The notes: a model not told the origin generated them from the sequence alone. 38,328 bases of DNA from an uncultured Flavobacteriaceae bacterium (GCA_964466435.1 CAYXQB010000001.1:1-38328); one strand, 5' to 3'; positions 26,433 to 34,598 are shown, counted from the stretch's first letter. Translations and numbers: made by a program.

Positions 26433-27440
26433 TTAGCTCGTTTTCGGCTGCGCCAAGTTCGTCAAGAACTGCCGTGTACACGATTCCCACGAGAAGTCGG
26501 TCGCGAATGCCCGGCAGGTCTCGGGTCTGAGTGTAAGCGCCCGCCGCGCTGCAGCCCCCAGATCCTCGTCCAAGCTGCCCACGCTTGTGTTGCCGCCGAT
26601 GATATCGTTCGGCCCCTGCACAGGGTACGCCGCCACGGGTAGCCCGCTCGCCAGCGCCTCCAGCACCACAAGCCCGAACGTGTCGGTGCGCGAGGGAAAC
26701 ACGAAGACGTCGCCGGCTGCATAGTGGCGCGCGAGTTCCGCCCCGAACTTCGGCCCCGTGAAGCGAACCTGCGGGTACTTCGCCCGCAGTTCGGCAAGCT
26801 GCGGTCCGTCGCCGACGATCAGCTTCGACCCCGGCAGATCGAGCTTCAGGAAATCCTCGACGCTCTTCTCGATCGCCACACGCCCCACATAAAGAAACAC
26901 AGGCCGTGGCAGATCGAGCCAATCCTTCTCGCCCGGCTTGAACAGGTCGATGTCAACGCCGCGCGACCAGAGTCGCAGGTTCTTGAAACCTCGCTCGGCC
27001 AGATCGCGCTCCAGCGTGCGTGTCGCGACCATCACGGCGGTGGCTGGCCCATGAAACCAGCGAAGCCCCGCATATGGCCACGATGGTGGAATGCCGAAGC
27101 GCGCGTTGATGTACTCGGGAAAGCGCGTGTGGAACGACGTCGTGAACGACAAGCCCCGGCGCATGCAATTGCGCCGCGTGGCAAGCCCCAGCGGACCTTC
27201 GGTCGCGATGTGAATGGCGTCGGGTTTGAACGCGTCGATCACACGCCCGACCGCGCGTCTGGCAAACAACGCCAAGCGTATCTCCGGATAGGTCGGCATC
27301 GGCACGGTACGGAAACCCTGCGGTGTGACGAACCGCACCTCATGCCCAAGTCGCACGAGTTCCCGCCCGAGCGTCTCCAGCGTACGCACCACGCCGTTGA
27401 CCTGGGGCGCCCACGCGTCGGTCGAGATCAGTATCCGCAT
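26433..27440 (-). CDS. Glycosyltransferase family 4 (GT-B fold, group 1)
   Basis: 335 aa. MRILISTDAWAPQVNGVVRTL N-terminus and a C-terminal E-x7-E-like segment FPSRTDTFGLVVLEALASGLPV. Confidence 0.85.
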   Translation of the reverse strand: MRILISTDAWAPQVNGVVRTLETLGRELVRLGHEVRFVTPQGFRTVPMPTYPEIRLALFARRAVGRVIDAFKPDAIHIATEGPLGLATRRNCMRRGLSFTTSFHTRFPEYINARFGIPPSWPYAGLRWFHGPATAVMVATRTLERDLAERGFKNLRLWSRGVDIDLFKPGEKDWLDLPRPVFLYVGRVAIEKSVEDFLKLDLPGSKLIVGDGPQLAELRAKYPQVRFTGPKFGAELARHYAAGDVFVFPSRTDTFGLVVLEALASGLPVAAYPVQGPNDIIGGNTSVGSLDEDLGAAARRALTLRPETCRAFATDFSWESCTRQFLTNLAQPKTS

Positions 27441-27717
27441 GCGAGGCCTGGGTTAGCGTGTTTCCCGCGCGAAGCACCACGCCGGACGGGCACAATCTCG
27501 CAGGCTTCCAAGACCCGCAGCAACCGATGACGCAACGGAATCCCCGTCGCGATTTGTTGCATCGCAGCAATCAACCGTGAACGCTGGCAGGACCCGGCGC
27601 AAGCATCAGGGAGAAAGGTAAAATACAGTAAGATCAATAAGTTAACGCCAATTGCTTCGAAATCTGTGAACATTTAGCGCTTGATTTAGTCTTCTACCGC
27701 GCACATATTTGTGCAGC

Positions 27718-27814
27718 GCGGTAGGGCGAAAGCCTTACTTCGCAGCCCATTCCTGGGCGTTTCCTCCCTTAAACTTGGGCCGCCTGGCACCCGCCTCGCG
27801 GCCCCTTTCTTTTC
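27718..27814 (+). ncRNA. Candidate small RNA (hypothetical): two small hairpins, a CU-rich single-stranded stretch, then a plus-strand intrinsic terminator
   Basis: No plus-strand gene lies upstream. Possible promoter TTGATT-N17-CATATT at 27681-27709. GGC-GAAA-GCC at 27725-27734. GCCCA-TTCC-TGGGC at 27745-27758. GTTTCCTCCCTTAAACTT at 27759-27776. Terminator GGGCCGC-N14-GCGGCCC at 27777-27804, followed by CTTTCTTTTC. The 5' end is a guess. Confidence 0.25.
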
Positions 27815-28356
27815 TAGCGCCAGCCTGTGCCGTCGCCGGGAACGCCGCTTGCGCCGCCGTTGAGCGCGCGCTGCATCAAGACGATGTCCACCCAGCGCCC
27901 GAACTTGAAACCCGCGCCAACGACCGTCCCCGCTGGCGTGAACCCGTGCTTGGCATGCAGACCGATCGAGCCCGCATTGCCGCTGTCGCCGATCACCGCC
28001 ACGACCTGCCGCACGCCAAGGGCTTCGCACCGCCCGATCAGCGCACCCAGCAGCGCCGATCCGACGCCGCGCCGGCGCCAGTCGTCGCGGATGTAGACCG
28101 AATCCTCGACCGTGTAGCGATATCCAGGCCGTGGCCGGAACAGCGACGCGTAAGCAAAACCAACAACATGCGCCCCGTCGAATGCCACCAGCCACGAGAG
28201 CCCGTGCGTCAGCGACGCGCGCCATTTTTCGCCGAACGCATCGACGCTCGGCGGCACTTCGTCGAACGTGCCAAGCCCGTGCAAAACGTGATGCGCATAG
28301 ATCGCTTGCAGCGCGCCGATGTCGCCCGCCGCCGCGTCGCGAACCTGAAACGTCAT
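27814..28356 (-). CDS. GNAT acetyltransferase, phosphinothricin / methionine-sulfoximine N-acetyltransferase-like
   Basis: Start at MTFQVRDAAAGD (28356) overlaps the upstream stop as ATGA. IYAHHVLHGLGTFDEVPPS and VYIRDDWRRRGVGSALLGALI are PAT-family-like. Confidence 0.8.
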   Translation of the reverse strand: MTFQVRDAAAGDIGALQAIYAHHVLHGLGTFDEVPPSVDAFGEKWRASLTHGLSWLVAFDGAHVVGFAYASLFRPRPGYRYTVEDSVYIRDDWRRRGVGSALLGALIGRCEALGVRQVVAVIGDSGNAGSIGLHAKHGFTPAGTVVGAGFKFGRWVDIVLMQRALNGGASGVPGDGTGWR

Positions 28357-29276
28357 TGCGCCGCGTGGGCCGAGGGCACCGTCGAACGCAGGAAGCGCCA
28401 ATCGACCTCGCCCATGGCGCGGATCAAAGTGGTCATCGCCTGCGTCACGCGCTTCAAACCAGCGGTGCGCTCGATACGCTCTTCATCCATATAGAGCGCG
28501 CGGTTGATTTCGATTTGCAGCGCATGAAGTCCAAGCGCCGGGCGCCCGTAATGCTCCGTCGAGAATCCGCCCGCGTAGGGGTTGTTGCGCACCACGGCAA
28601 AGCCCTGCATGCCCAGCGCCCGTTCGATCATGTCGGTCAGCCGCCGTGCACACGACGTCCCGAACCGGTCGCCGAGCACGACGTCCGGGCGCGTCGCACC
28701 GATATCCTGGTCCAACGGGCCGCCGACGGAGGGCATGGAATGGCAATCGATCAAGACCGCATAGCCGAACGCCTTGTGCGTCGCTTCGATCTGGGCCCGC
28801 AGCGTCGCGTGGTACGGCTTGTAGTAGGTTTCGATTCTGGCTTGCGCCTCCGCAAACGCGAGCTTGTGCGTGTAGATCTCCGCGCCGTCCCGCACCACCC
28901 GCGCGATCGTGCCCAAGCCCGCCGTCACGCGCGGGCTGCGCGCATTCACGAACTGCGGCAGCGGCCCGTCGAACATGGCGGGATCGAGCTCGTAAGCCTC
29001 GCGATTCGGGTCGACGAACGCGCGCGGGAAGTGCGCCTTCAGCAAAGGGGCTCCCAAAGCGGGCGCCGCGCCGAATATTTCGTCCACGAAACTGTCTTCC
29101 GAACGCCTGATCGCCGTCCCATCGAGACGCGTCGCCTGCAAAAATCCCTTGGGATAAACCCGGCCCGAATGGGGGGAGGCGAACACGAACGGCAGGGTTT
29201 GCTCCCCGGGTGCGACCACCTCGAAGGGGGGATCGATAGAAGGTCCCCGCTTGTCGCTACCGCCTGTTAGCCGCAC
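28353..29276 (-). CDS. N-formylglutamate amidohydrolase family protein (PF05013-like)
   Basis: 307 aa. LPFVFASPHSGRVYP, HKAFGYAVLIDCHSMPS and NNPYAGGF are typical of the FGase family. Confidence 0.8.
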   Translation of the reverse strand: MRLTGGSDKRGPSIDPPFEVVAPGEQTLPFVFASPHSGRVYPKGFLQATRLDGTAIRRSEDSFVDEIFGAAPALGAPLLKAHFPRAFVDPNREAYELDPAMFDGPLPQFVNARSPRVTAGLGTIARVVRDGAEIYTHKLAFAEAQARIETYYKPYHATLRAQIEATHKAFGYAVLIDCHSMPSVGGPLDQDIGATRPDVVLGDRFGTSCARRLTDMIERALGMQGFAVVRNNPYAGGFSTEHYGRPALGLHALQIEINRALYMDEERIERTAGLKRVTQAMTTLIRAMGEVDWRFLRSTVPSAHAAQ

Positions 29277-29474
29277 GATTTAACCTTTGTTTGAGGCGTT
29301 CAGTGGAACATTGAAGGCTTGCGCGATCAAGACCACTGCCGCCGCATGCAGGTTGCAAAACTAACCCTTAAGCGGCAAAGGCTTGGCTGTTGCAGGGAAT
29401 CCGCCGTAAGATTCGCGGGTGCGTTGCCGGGGTGGGCCGGTAAACAACCGGAAATCGGGGGCACGAAGGGAACC

Positions 29475-29840
29475 ATGGCGAAGATACTGCTCGCGGAAGA
29501 CGACGAATCGATGCGCCGCTTCCTAGCGACGGCGCTGGAAAAGGCGGGCCACGAAGTTGCTTCGTTCAGCCAAGGCGACGAAGCGCTGGACTGCCTGGAA
29601 GCGGGCAGCCGTTTCGATCTGCTGCTGACCGACATCGTCATGCCCGTCATGGACGGCATCGAGCTCGCGCGCAAAGCGGCCGATGTCGCGCCGGGCATGA
29701 AGATCATGTTCATCACCGGCTTTGCCGCCGTCGCGCTGAACCCGAAAAGCAACGCGCCGAAAGACGCCAAAGTCCTCTCCAAACCGTTCCACCTTCGCGA
29801 CATCGTGACCGAAGTCGAACGCTTCATGGCCGCCGCGTAG
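29475..29840 (+). CDS. cpdR: Single-domain response regulator CpdR (ClpXP localisation / cell-cycle adaptor)
   Basis: MAKILLAEDDESMRRFLATALEKAGHEV...LLLTDIVMPVMDGIELARKAADVAPGMKIMFITGFAAVALNPKSNAPKDAKVLSKPFHLRDIV is near-identical in pattern to Caulobacter and Rhizobiales CpdR as I recall it. ATG at 29475 preceded by GAAGGGAA. Confidence 0.85.
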   Translation: MAKILLAEDDESMRRFLATALEKAGHEVASFSQGDEALDCLEAGSRFDLLLTDIVMPVMDGIELARKAADVAPGMKIMFITGFAAVALNPKSNAPKDAKVLSKPFHLRDIVTEVERFMAAA

Positions 29841-29903
29841 CTTAAGGCCTCGTTTACAGCGAAGCATCGAACCTCCCTTGAGACAGCTCAAGGGAACGAG
29901 CGA

Positions 29904-30389
29904 ATGCGCGTATTCGGGGCCACAGTGGCGCTGCTCGTCGCAGCGTGCGCGGCACACGCGGACGACGCGCCGGATGTCGCTGACGCGATGGCCCGCGTCG
30001 AGGCACTCATGAAAGGGCAGGGCATCGACGTCGCGGGCTACGCCGCAAGCCCTCCGCCGCAACTCGAATTCGTGAGCGCATCGCACCCATATCTGCAAGG
30101 CAACGACGGCGGCTATGCCGGCGGCGTCGTCTACGTCAGCGACGCGCGCATCGAAGCCTGCACCGACCTCATCCTCGTCCACGAACTCGTGCACGACGCG
30201 ACGGTCAAGCGCCGTCTGTTCGCGTCCGTGCCCTTGGGGCAACTGAAGGACGCCATCGAAGCCCTGGCCGACGCCGTCACCGAAGCGGCAAGCCAAAGCC
30301 CCTACCGCCCCGGCTGCCTGCCCCACCGCCGTTTCGCGTGGGGGAGTGAGGATTTGGCCCAACTCGCCATGGCCGCACCCGCCCGCTGA
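29904..30389 (+). CDS. Secreted hypothetical protein with an HExxH motif
   Basis: 161 aa. Signal peptide MRVFGATVALLVAACAAHA. LILVHELVHDA contains HELVH. No other recognisable domain. Confidence 0.45.
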   Translation: MRVFGATVALLVAACAAHADDAPDVADAMARVEALMKGQGIDVAGYAASPPPQLEFVSASHPYLQGNDGGYAGGVVYVSDARIEACTDLILVHELVHDATVKRRLFASVPLGQLKDAIEALADAVTEAASQSPYRPGCLPHRRFAWGSEDLAQLAMAAPAR

Positions 30390-30467
30390 CACCTTGTTTT
30401 GAGGGGGCGGCATCGCTATACGGTTCGCCTCCCGAACGCGAGGCAACTCGCGGTTCGACTGAAGTGT

Positions 30468-30542
<75 letters not shown>

Positions 30543-30663
30543 CCCTTCGCCTTCGGCTTCGGGTGGCTTACGCCACATTGAGTGTCGCCCGTCTTGTCCG
30601 CCGTAGCTTCAGCGAAGGCGGAAGCTTGAGCGAAGCGAAAGCGAAGGGGGACTGGATCGCCCC

Positions 30664-31479
30664 CTACATCGTCTCCCCATAGTGCCGCCCGGCGAACGTC
30701 ATGGGTTCCGAGAGCCACATCACCATGATCATGTCCCGCACGCCGCAGTCCGCGCCGAGCAGTTCGCGCCCGTGATAGCTCTGCCGCTCCGCGCAGTCGT
30801 TCACCGCGAACGCACCGGCACTGTTGCTGAGGAACGCAAACCGCTTGATCTCCTGGAACGAACGCCCGATCAGCCGATAGGCGAGCGGCAGCTTCTTGTA
30901 GAGCGACGTGCCGAGATCGGATTGCCCCCCGTCGTGCGGCAGATAGAACAGCATCGTCACCACGCGCGGTTGCCCGTCGGGGTGTGGTTTGATCCGGTAA
31001 TCCTTGAAGTCCCGCACAAGCGACACGCTCGGATACATCGGCTGCGCAAGCACGTCTTCGCTCCGGCAGCCAAGCCGGATCGCCACGTCGTGCCGGAACG
31101 TCGTGAAGATCGCGCGCCGCAGCGCATCGCTTTCGAGGGCTGAGGTGATGTCGCGCCAGAGGTCCCGCTTCGCCGGCTCGATCCGGTCGATCTCGCCCTC
31201 CGACAGGAACAGCTGGTCGCGCGTGGATTGGCCTTCGGCGTTGTGCCAACGCTTGATGTTCAAGGGCCGGTACGCGCTGCGCGCCGGCAAGCCCGCCATG
31301 ATCGCGCCGTACACATCGTCGGGAAACACGTCCTTGAAGAACGCATGTTGAAACGGCGCATCGCAGACGTCGGTGGCCTGCACGCAGTGCACGAGATGTT
31401 CGACGATCCTGTCGCGGCGCGAAGGCGCGGCGGCGTGCGCGGACGGCGCCCGAACGGGCGATGCTTCGACGATCGACAT
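30664..31479 (-). CDS. Putative 2OG-Fe(II) oxygenase superfamily protein
   Basis: Start placed at MSIVEAS (31479). PFQHAFFKDVFPDDVY, then an H-x-D triad candidate IKPHPDG, FYLPHDGG..GTSLY and a distal SYHG, resemble the prolyl-hydroxylase-like 2OG oxygenase layout. Assignment is by motif only. Confidence 0.45.
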   Translation of the reverse strand: MSIVEASPVRAPSAHAAAPSRRDRIVEHLVHCVQATDVCDAPFQHAFFKDVFPDDVYGAIMAGLPARSAYRPLNIKRWHNAEGQSTRDQLFLSEGEIDRIEPAKRDLWRDITSALESDALRRAIFTTFRHDVAIRLGCRSEDVLAQPMYPSVSLVRDFKDYRIKPHPDGQPRVVTMLFYLPHDGGQSDLGTSLYKKLPLAYRLIGRSFQEIKRFAFLSNSAGAFAVNDCAERQSYHGRELLGADCGVRDMIMVMWLSEPMTFAGRHYGETM

Positions 31480-31644
31480 GCGCGCAATTCCCCTGAATAG
31501 CCTCAGCGTGCATGTGGCACATCCGCAGCGCAGTCCCGCGTTGATCTGCGTCAAGGCCAAGCCCCGGGCAGGGTGGGGGAGGGTCGGGGTGGGGGTGCCG
31601 CATCATTTCCGAGCGAACAACCCCATGTACCCGAGCGTTAGCGG

Positions 31645-31888
31645 CAGACACGAGGCTGCGCGCCTCGCGGACGAGTGCGCGTAAACCGGCCGCTTCGCTT
31701 GCCCAAGCGGCACCTCTGACGCCATGTTTCCAAGCATTGCGATTGCCGTGTGGGGCGCCGCCGCGCGCGCCGTGAAAGCGGCAGACCTCAAAGCCGCGAA
31801 CGGCCGGTGCGCGGCAGGGCAGCTTCGTCCGCTTCGAGCGGCTACGGCAGCGCGGTGCCGCCTGCAGCCGTGTGACCATTGAGGGCAT
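31645..31888 (-). pseudogene. Cys-rich 'CR-HG...GAP-GN-NA-KHG' small ORF typical of alphaproteobacterial island/plasmid modules; no in-frame stop follows
   Basis: ATG at 31888 preceded by AAGGAA. MPSMVTRLQAAPRCRSRSKRTKLPCRAPAVRGFEVCRFHGARGGAPHGNRNAWKHGVRGAAWASEAAGLRALVREARSLV. Homologs as I recall them are about 80-100 aa. Here the frame stays open to 30479, running through the oxygenase gene and into the tRNA. Confidence 0.35.
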
Positions 31889-32444
31889 GTCCGTTTCCTT
31901 TGCGCGAGGCCGGGGCGTGCAGCGCGGGAAGGCGTGGCGCGGGGCTCGCGGAGAGGTCGCCTTCGCCGCGAATGACGCGGTGTTCGACGGTGACGGTTTT
32001 GGGCAAACCTTCGCCGCGGCGGCGATCGAGCGCCTCGACGAGCGCCGCGGTGGCCCGCGACAGCCGCGCGGCATGCGCCAAATTCTCGGCGCGCGCCGGC
32101 TCCGGCGCCGCCGGATGCGCCGCCCGGCGAAAGCATTCCATGGCGGCGTTGTGGCAAGCGACCATCTGCGCGGCGAGCATCCCCTCAAGCTCGCTGCGCG
32201 GCGCGACGCTCGCCAAGGCCGCAAGCGCGGCCGCAGCCTTGGCCCGCCGATCCTCGTCGCCCTCGGGGTTCGCATACAACGCCGCCATCGTCTGCCGCGC
32301 GATCAGCGCGTTGAAAGCCGCCAACGAAGACCCACCGATCTCCCTCATCGCGTCAGGCCCAGCACCAGCCCCCACTGCACCACGTTCGCCCGCCCGCTCC
32401 GGCGCGCCGCTGGTGTCGTCCGCCGTCTTGCCGTCGTTGGTCAT
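31842..32444 (-). CDS. Conserved hypothetical protein of mobile-element type
   Basis: 200 aa. SSLAAFNALIARQTMAALY, ELEGMLAAQMVACHNAAMECFRRA and KTVTVEHRVI resemble a family I recall upstream of the Cys-rich ORF in Rhizobiales islands. Confidence 0.5.
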   Translation of the reverse strand: MTNDGKTADDTSGAPERAGERGAVGAGAGPDAMREIGGSSLAAFNALIARQTMAALYANPEGDEDRRAKAAAALAALASVAPRSELEGMLAAQMVACHNAAMECFRRAAHPAAPEPARAENLAHAARLSRATAALVEALDRRRGEGLPKTVTVEHRVIRGEGDLSASPAPRLPALHAPASRKGNGHALNGHTAAGGTALP

Positions 32445-32479
32445 CGCGTCAGCTCGATTCCTTACGTTTCAATAAGTCT

Positions 32480-32507
32480 AGAACATAATAGAACATAGCA
32501 AGAACAT
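32480..32507. promoter_or_regulatory. Three phased AGAACAT direct repeats; repeats 2-3 form GAAC-N7-GAAC (alphaproteobacterial LexA-box pattern)
   Basis: AGAACAT at 32480-32486, 32490-32496 and 32501-32507. GAAC-ATAGCAA-GAAC at 32491-32505. The first repeat starts 36 nt and the last ends 63 nt upstream of the 32444 start, in an AT-rich divergent intergenic region. Confidence 0.35.
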
Positions 32508-32694
32508 TGGCAAGAGCCAAGAAACCACGCCAAAACGGCCCGCTGATGGAGCAATGGGCGGAGCGCGTCGAACGCCCGTGCCTTGTCGTCGGTACTGACG
32601 AAAATGCGCCCGTGCTCGACAATCCAATAGGCGCTCATCGGCCGGAGCGAGACCTGCTAGAAATTCGTCGGTCGTCGCCCGTTTGAGGAAAACA

Positions 32695-33885
32695 ATGAAG
32701 AGTCTCAATTGGATTGCCGTTGCTTTAGTCGCAGCGGCACTTTCGTCTGGCGCACTCGCCGCAGCGGAGGGTGACTGTCCGGCATCCGGCGCAGCGTGGA
32801 ACGAAGTGAGTGTCGAGCGTTGCGTTGGTGATCTGAGCAAACGGATCGAGCAGCTGCCGGCGCAAAGCCCGCAGCGCGTCGAACTGTTTGAGAAACTAGC
32901 GCGACTCCACGAGTATCTGGCGCGGGAGAGAGCCGCAAGCGGCGACAAGAATGCCCAGGCTGCGTAGGAGGCGGCCTTGGCCGCTTATTCCGAGGCGCTC
33001 GCGATCGCACCGCACAATGATGCGCTACGCCGCAAACGCGCCCAATTGTTGATGGTGATGGGTCGTGGCGAAGGCGCGCTCAAAGACGCCGAAGCCCTTC
33101 TCGCGCAACACCCAACCAGCGTGCAGCATCAAGAGCTAAAGGGCAGCGCACTCGCTTCCTTGAAACGCCACAAAGAGGCCATTGCGGTCTACACGCAGGC
33201 CATCGGCCTCACGCAATCATGTGCGGAGGCGAGCATGCTTCAGCGTCAGGTCAATCAGTATCGTCATGCGTTCGATCCGCCCCTCACAAAGGACCAAATT
33301 CGCGAGGAAATAAGAAACCGGCGCAACAGGCCTCTCTACGATGTTCCCGAGCCATCGGTGAAGCAAGTTGGTTTCCCATGCGCGCCCACGCCGAGCAACA
33401 CGTTTGAAGACCTGGTGCTTTGGAAACAGATGTTGTTCCAGCGTCGCGCCGAAAGCCATCGCGCGTGGGGAGATCCGGGCGCTGCGACGAGGGACTACGA
33501 ATACGCGATCTCGATCAGCTCCACGCCTGAGTTCGCCAGCATCGGCCTCTGCGATCTTGAAATTGACCTAGGCTTCGACTTCTCGGCCGTCGAGCACTGT
33601 CGCCAAGCATTCGACTCCAACTCGTTTTCCATCCTCAGCGATCCCGAGTTAGCTGCGAAAATCGGCAACTACCTACTCGAAGACGGCGACCTCAAAGGCG
33701 CCTGCCGCATCGCCCTGCCGTTCGCCGCCTTGCCGCCCGGCGCGTTTGAACCGGATAGAGCCATGCAGGCCTATCTCAATCATCCGAAGATGAAGACCCT
33801 GCAGCAACGCGTGACAGGCGGCCTCAGAGGCGCGGGCCTAAAACACTGCGGGATCGAGTTCCGACCACCGAAGGCGCCCGGATAG
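32695..33885 (+). pseudogene. Secreted TPR-repeat protein interrupted by one in-frame TAG (32965-32967)
   Basis: Track ORFs 32683-32967 and 32977-33885 are in the same frame (294 nt offset) and separated only by TAG GAG GCG GCC. The first carries a signal peptide (MKSLNWIAVALVAAALSSGALAAA). The second starts only at a TTG and is TPR-like (AAYSEALAIAPHNDALRRKRAQLLMVMGRGEGALKDAEALLAQHP). Confidence 0.5.
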
Positions 33886-34082
33886 GCCGAGGTTCGGGTT
33901 ATAATTCAGGGGACATGTAACAATCTCTAGCCCGTGCATCTGCGTTTGCTACGTGTCCCCCCATCTTCCTGCACGGGAGGGGGGAGAACTAGGGGGCAGC
34001 ATACAAAATCCTCCACTCTAATGCGCTCCGCTCGTGATCTCCGCGCACGCCGGGTATGGCAGATTGCGCAGACAGTCCCCGA

Positions 34083-34598
34083 TTACGGGCTTGGGCTTGG
34101 ACATAACGGCGAGATGGGTCCCCCTGGTCGCCGTTCCTCCACACCGTTCTCCTTCGCAAGCTTGCAAAGGCCGCTCCAGAGCGGAAGGAGCGCGCTCTCT
34201 GTTTCGTTCGTCCATGCAACGAGCGACGTAATGGTCGGTGTGGCGGTCTTCGGTTCCACGCGCCAGGTCGGATCGAAGCGCGCGCCGCACAACGACTTTG
34301 TTGACCGGTGTGTGCAGACGAGCTCAGAAATCCCTTTTGTCAAACCCGCTGCGACATAGAGATCGACATACACCTTCTGTTCTTCCGTTGCCGAACCGGC
34401 CGGCATGGGATCCATCAGGACGCGGTAGCCGCCTTCCTGCCGTGACACAAGGAAGAACACTCTAATCGCCTGCCAACCCTTCGCCGTCAGCACGTCGATG
34501 CGTGGCTTCAACGTCTGAAGCGGCTCGGGTGCGGGCGCGCTCGCGTGCGCGCCGGCGGAAAGAGTCAACCAAAGTGCGTCTGCAATGAGGACGCGCAT
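34083..34598 (-). CDS. Hypothetical secreted protein
   Basis: 171 aa ORF with a signal-peptide-like N-terminus (MRVLIADALWLTLSAGAHASA). Lower-GC region. No recognisable domain. Confidence 0.35.
   Translation of the reverse strand: MRVLIADALWLTLSAGAHASAPAPEPLQTLKPRIDVLTAKGWQAIRVFFLVSRQEGGYRVLMDPMPAGSATEEQKVYVDLYVAAGLTKGISELVCTHRSTKSLCGARFDPTWRVEPKTATPTITSLVAWTNETESALLPLWSGLCKLAKENGVEERRPGGPISPLCPSPSP

Noticed and set aside
29280-29294. CtrA box upstream of cpdR (TTAA-N7-TTGA)
   Set aside because: It has one mismatch in the second half-site. It sits at the far end of the intergenic region next to the divergent gene's start. A single near-match is expected by chance, so it is mentioned only in passing.
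32546-32686. 46-aa ORF (MEQWAERVERPCLVVGTDENAPVLDNPIG...) in the divergent island intergenic region
   Set aside because: It has no RBS, is too short, and shows no recognisable similarity. It could be a gene remnant, but that cannot be supported from the sequence alone.
33270-33278. GTTCGATCC, identical to the tRNA-Val T-loop region, as a possible island att repeat
   Set aside because: Only 9 nt match, the flanks diverge immediately, and the site lies inside the TPR coding frame. This is not distinguishable from chance.
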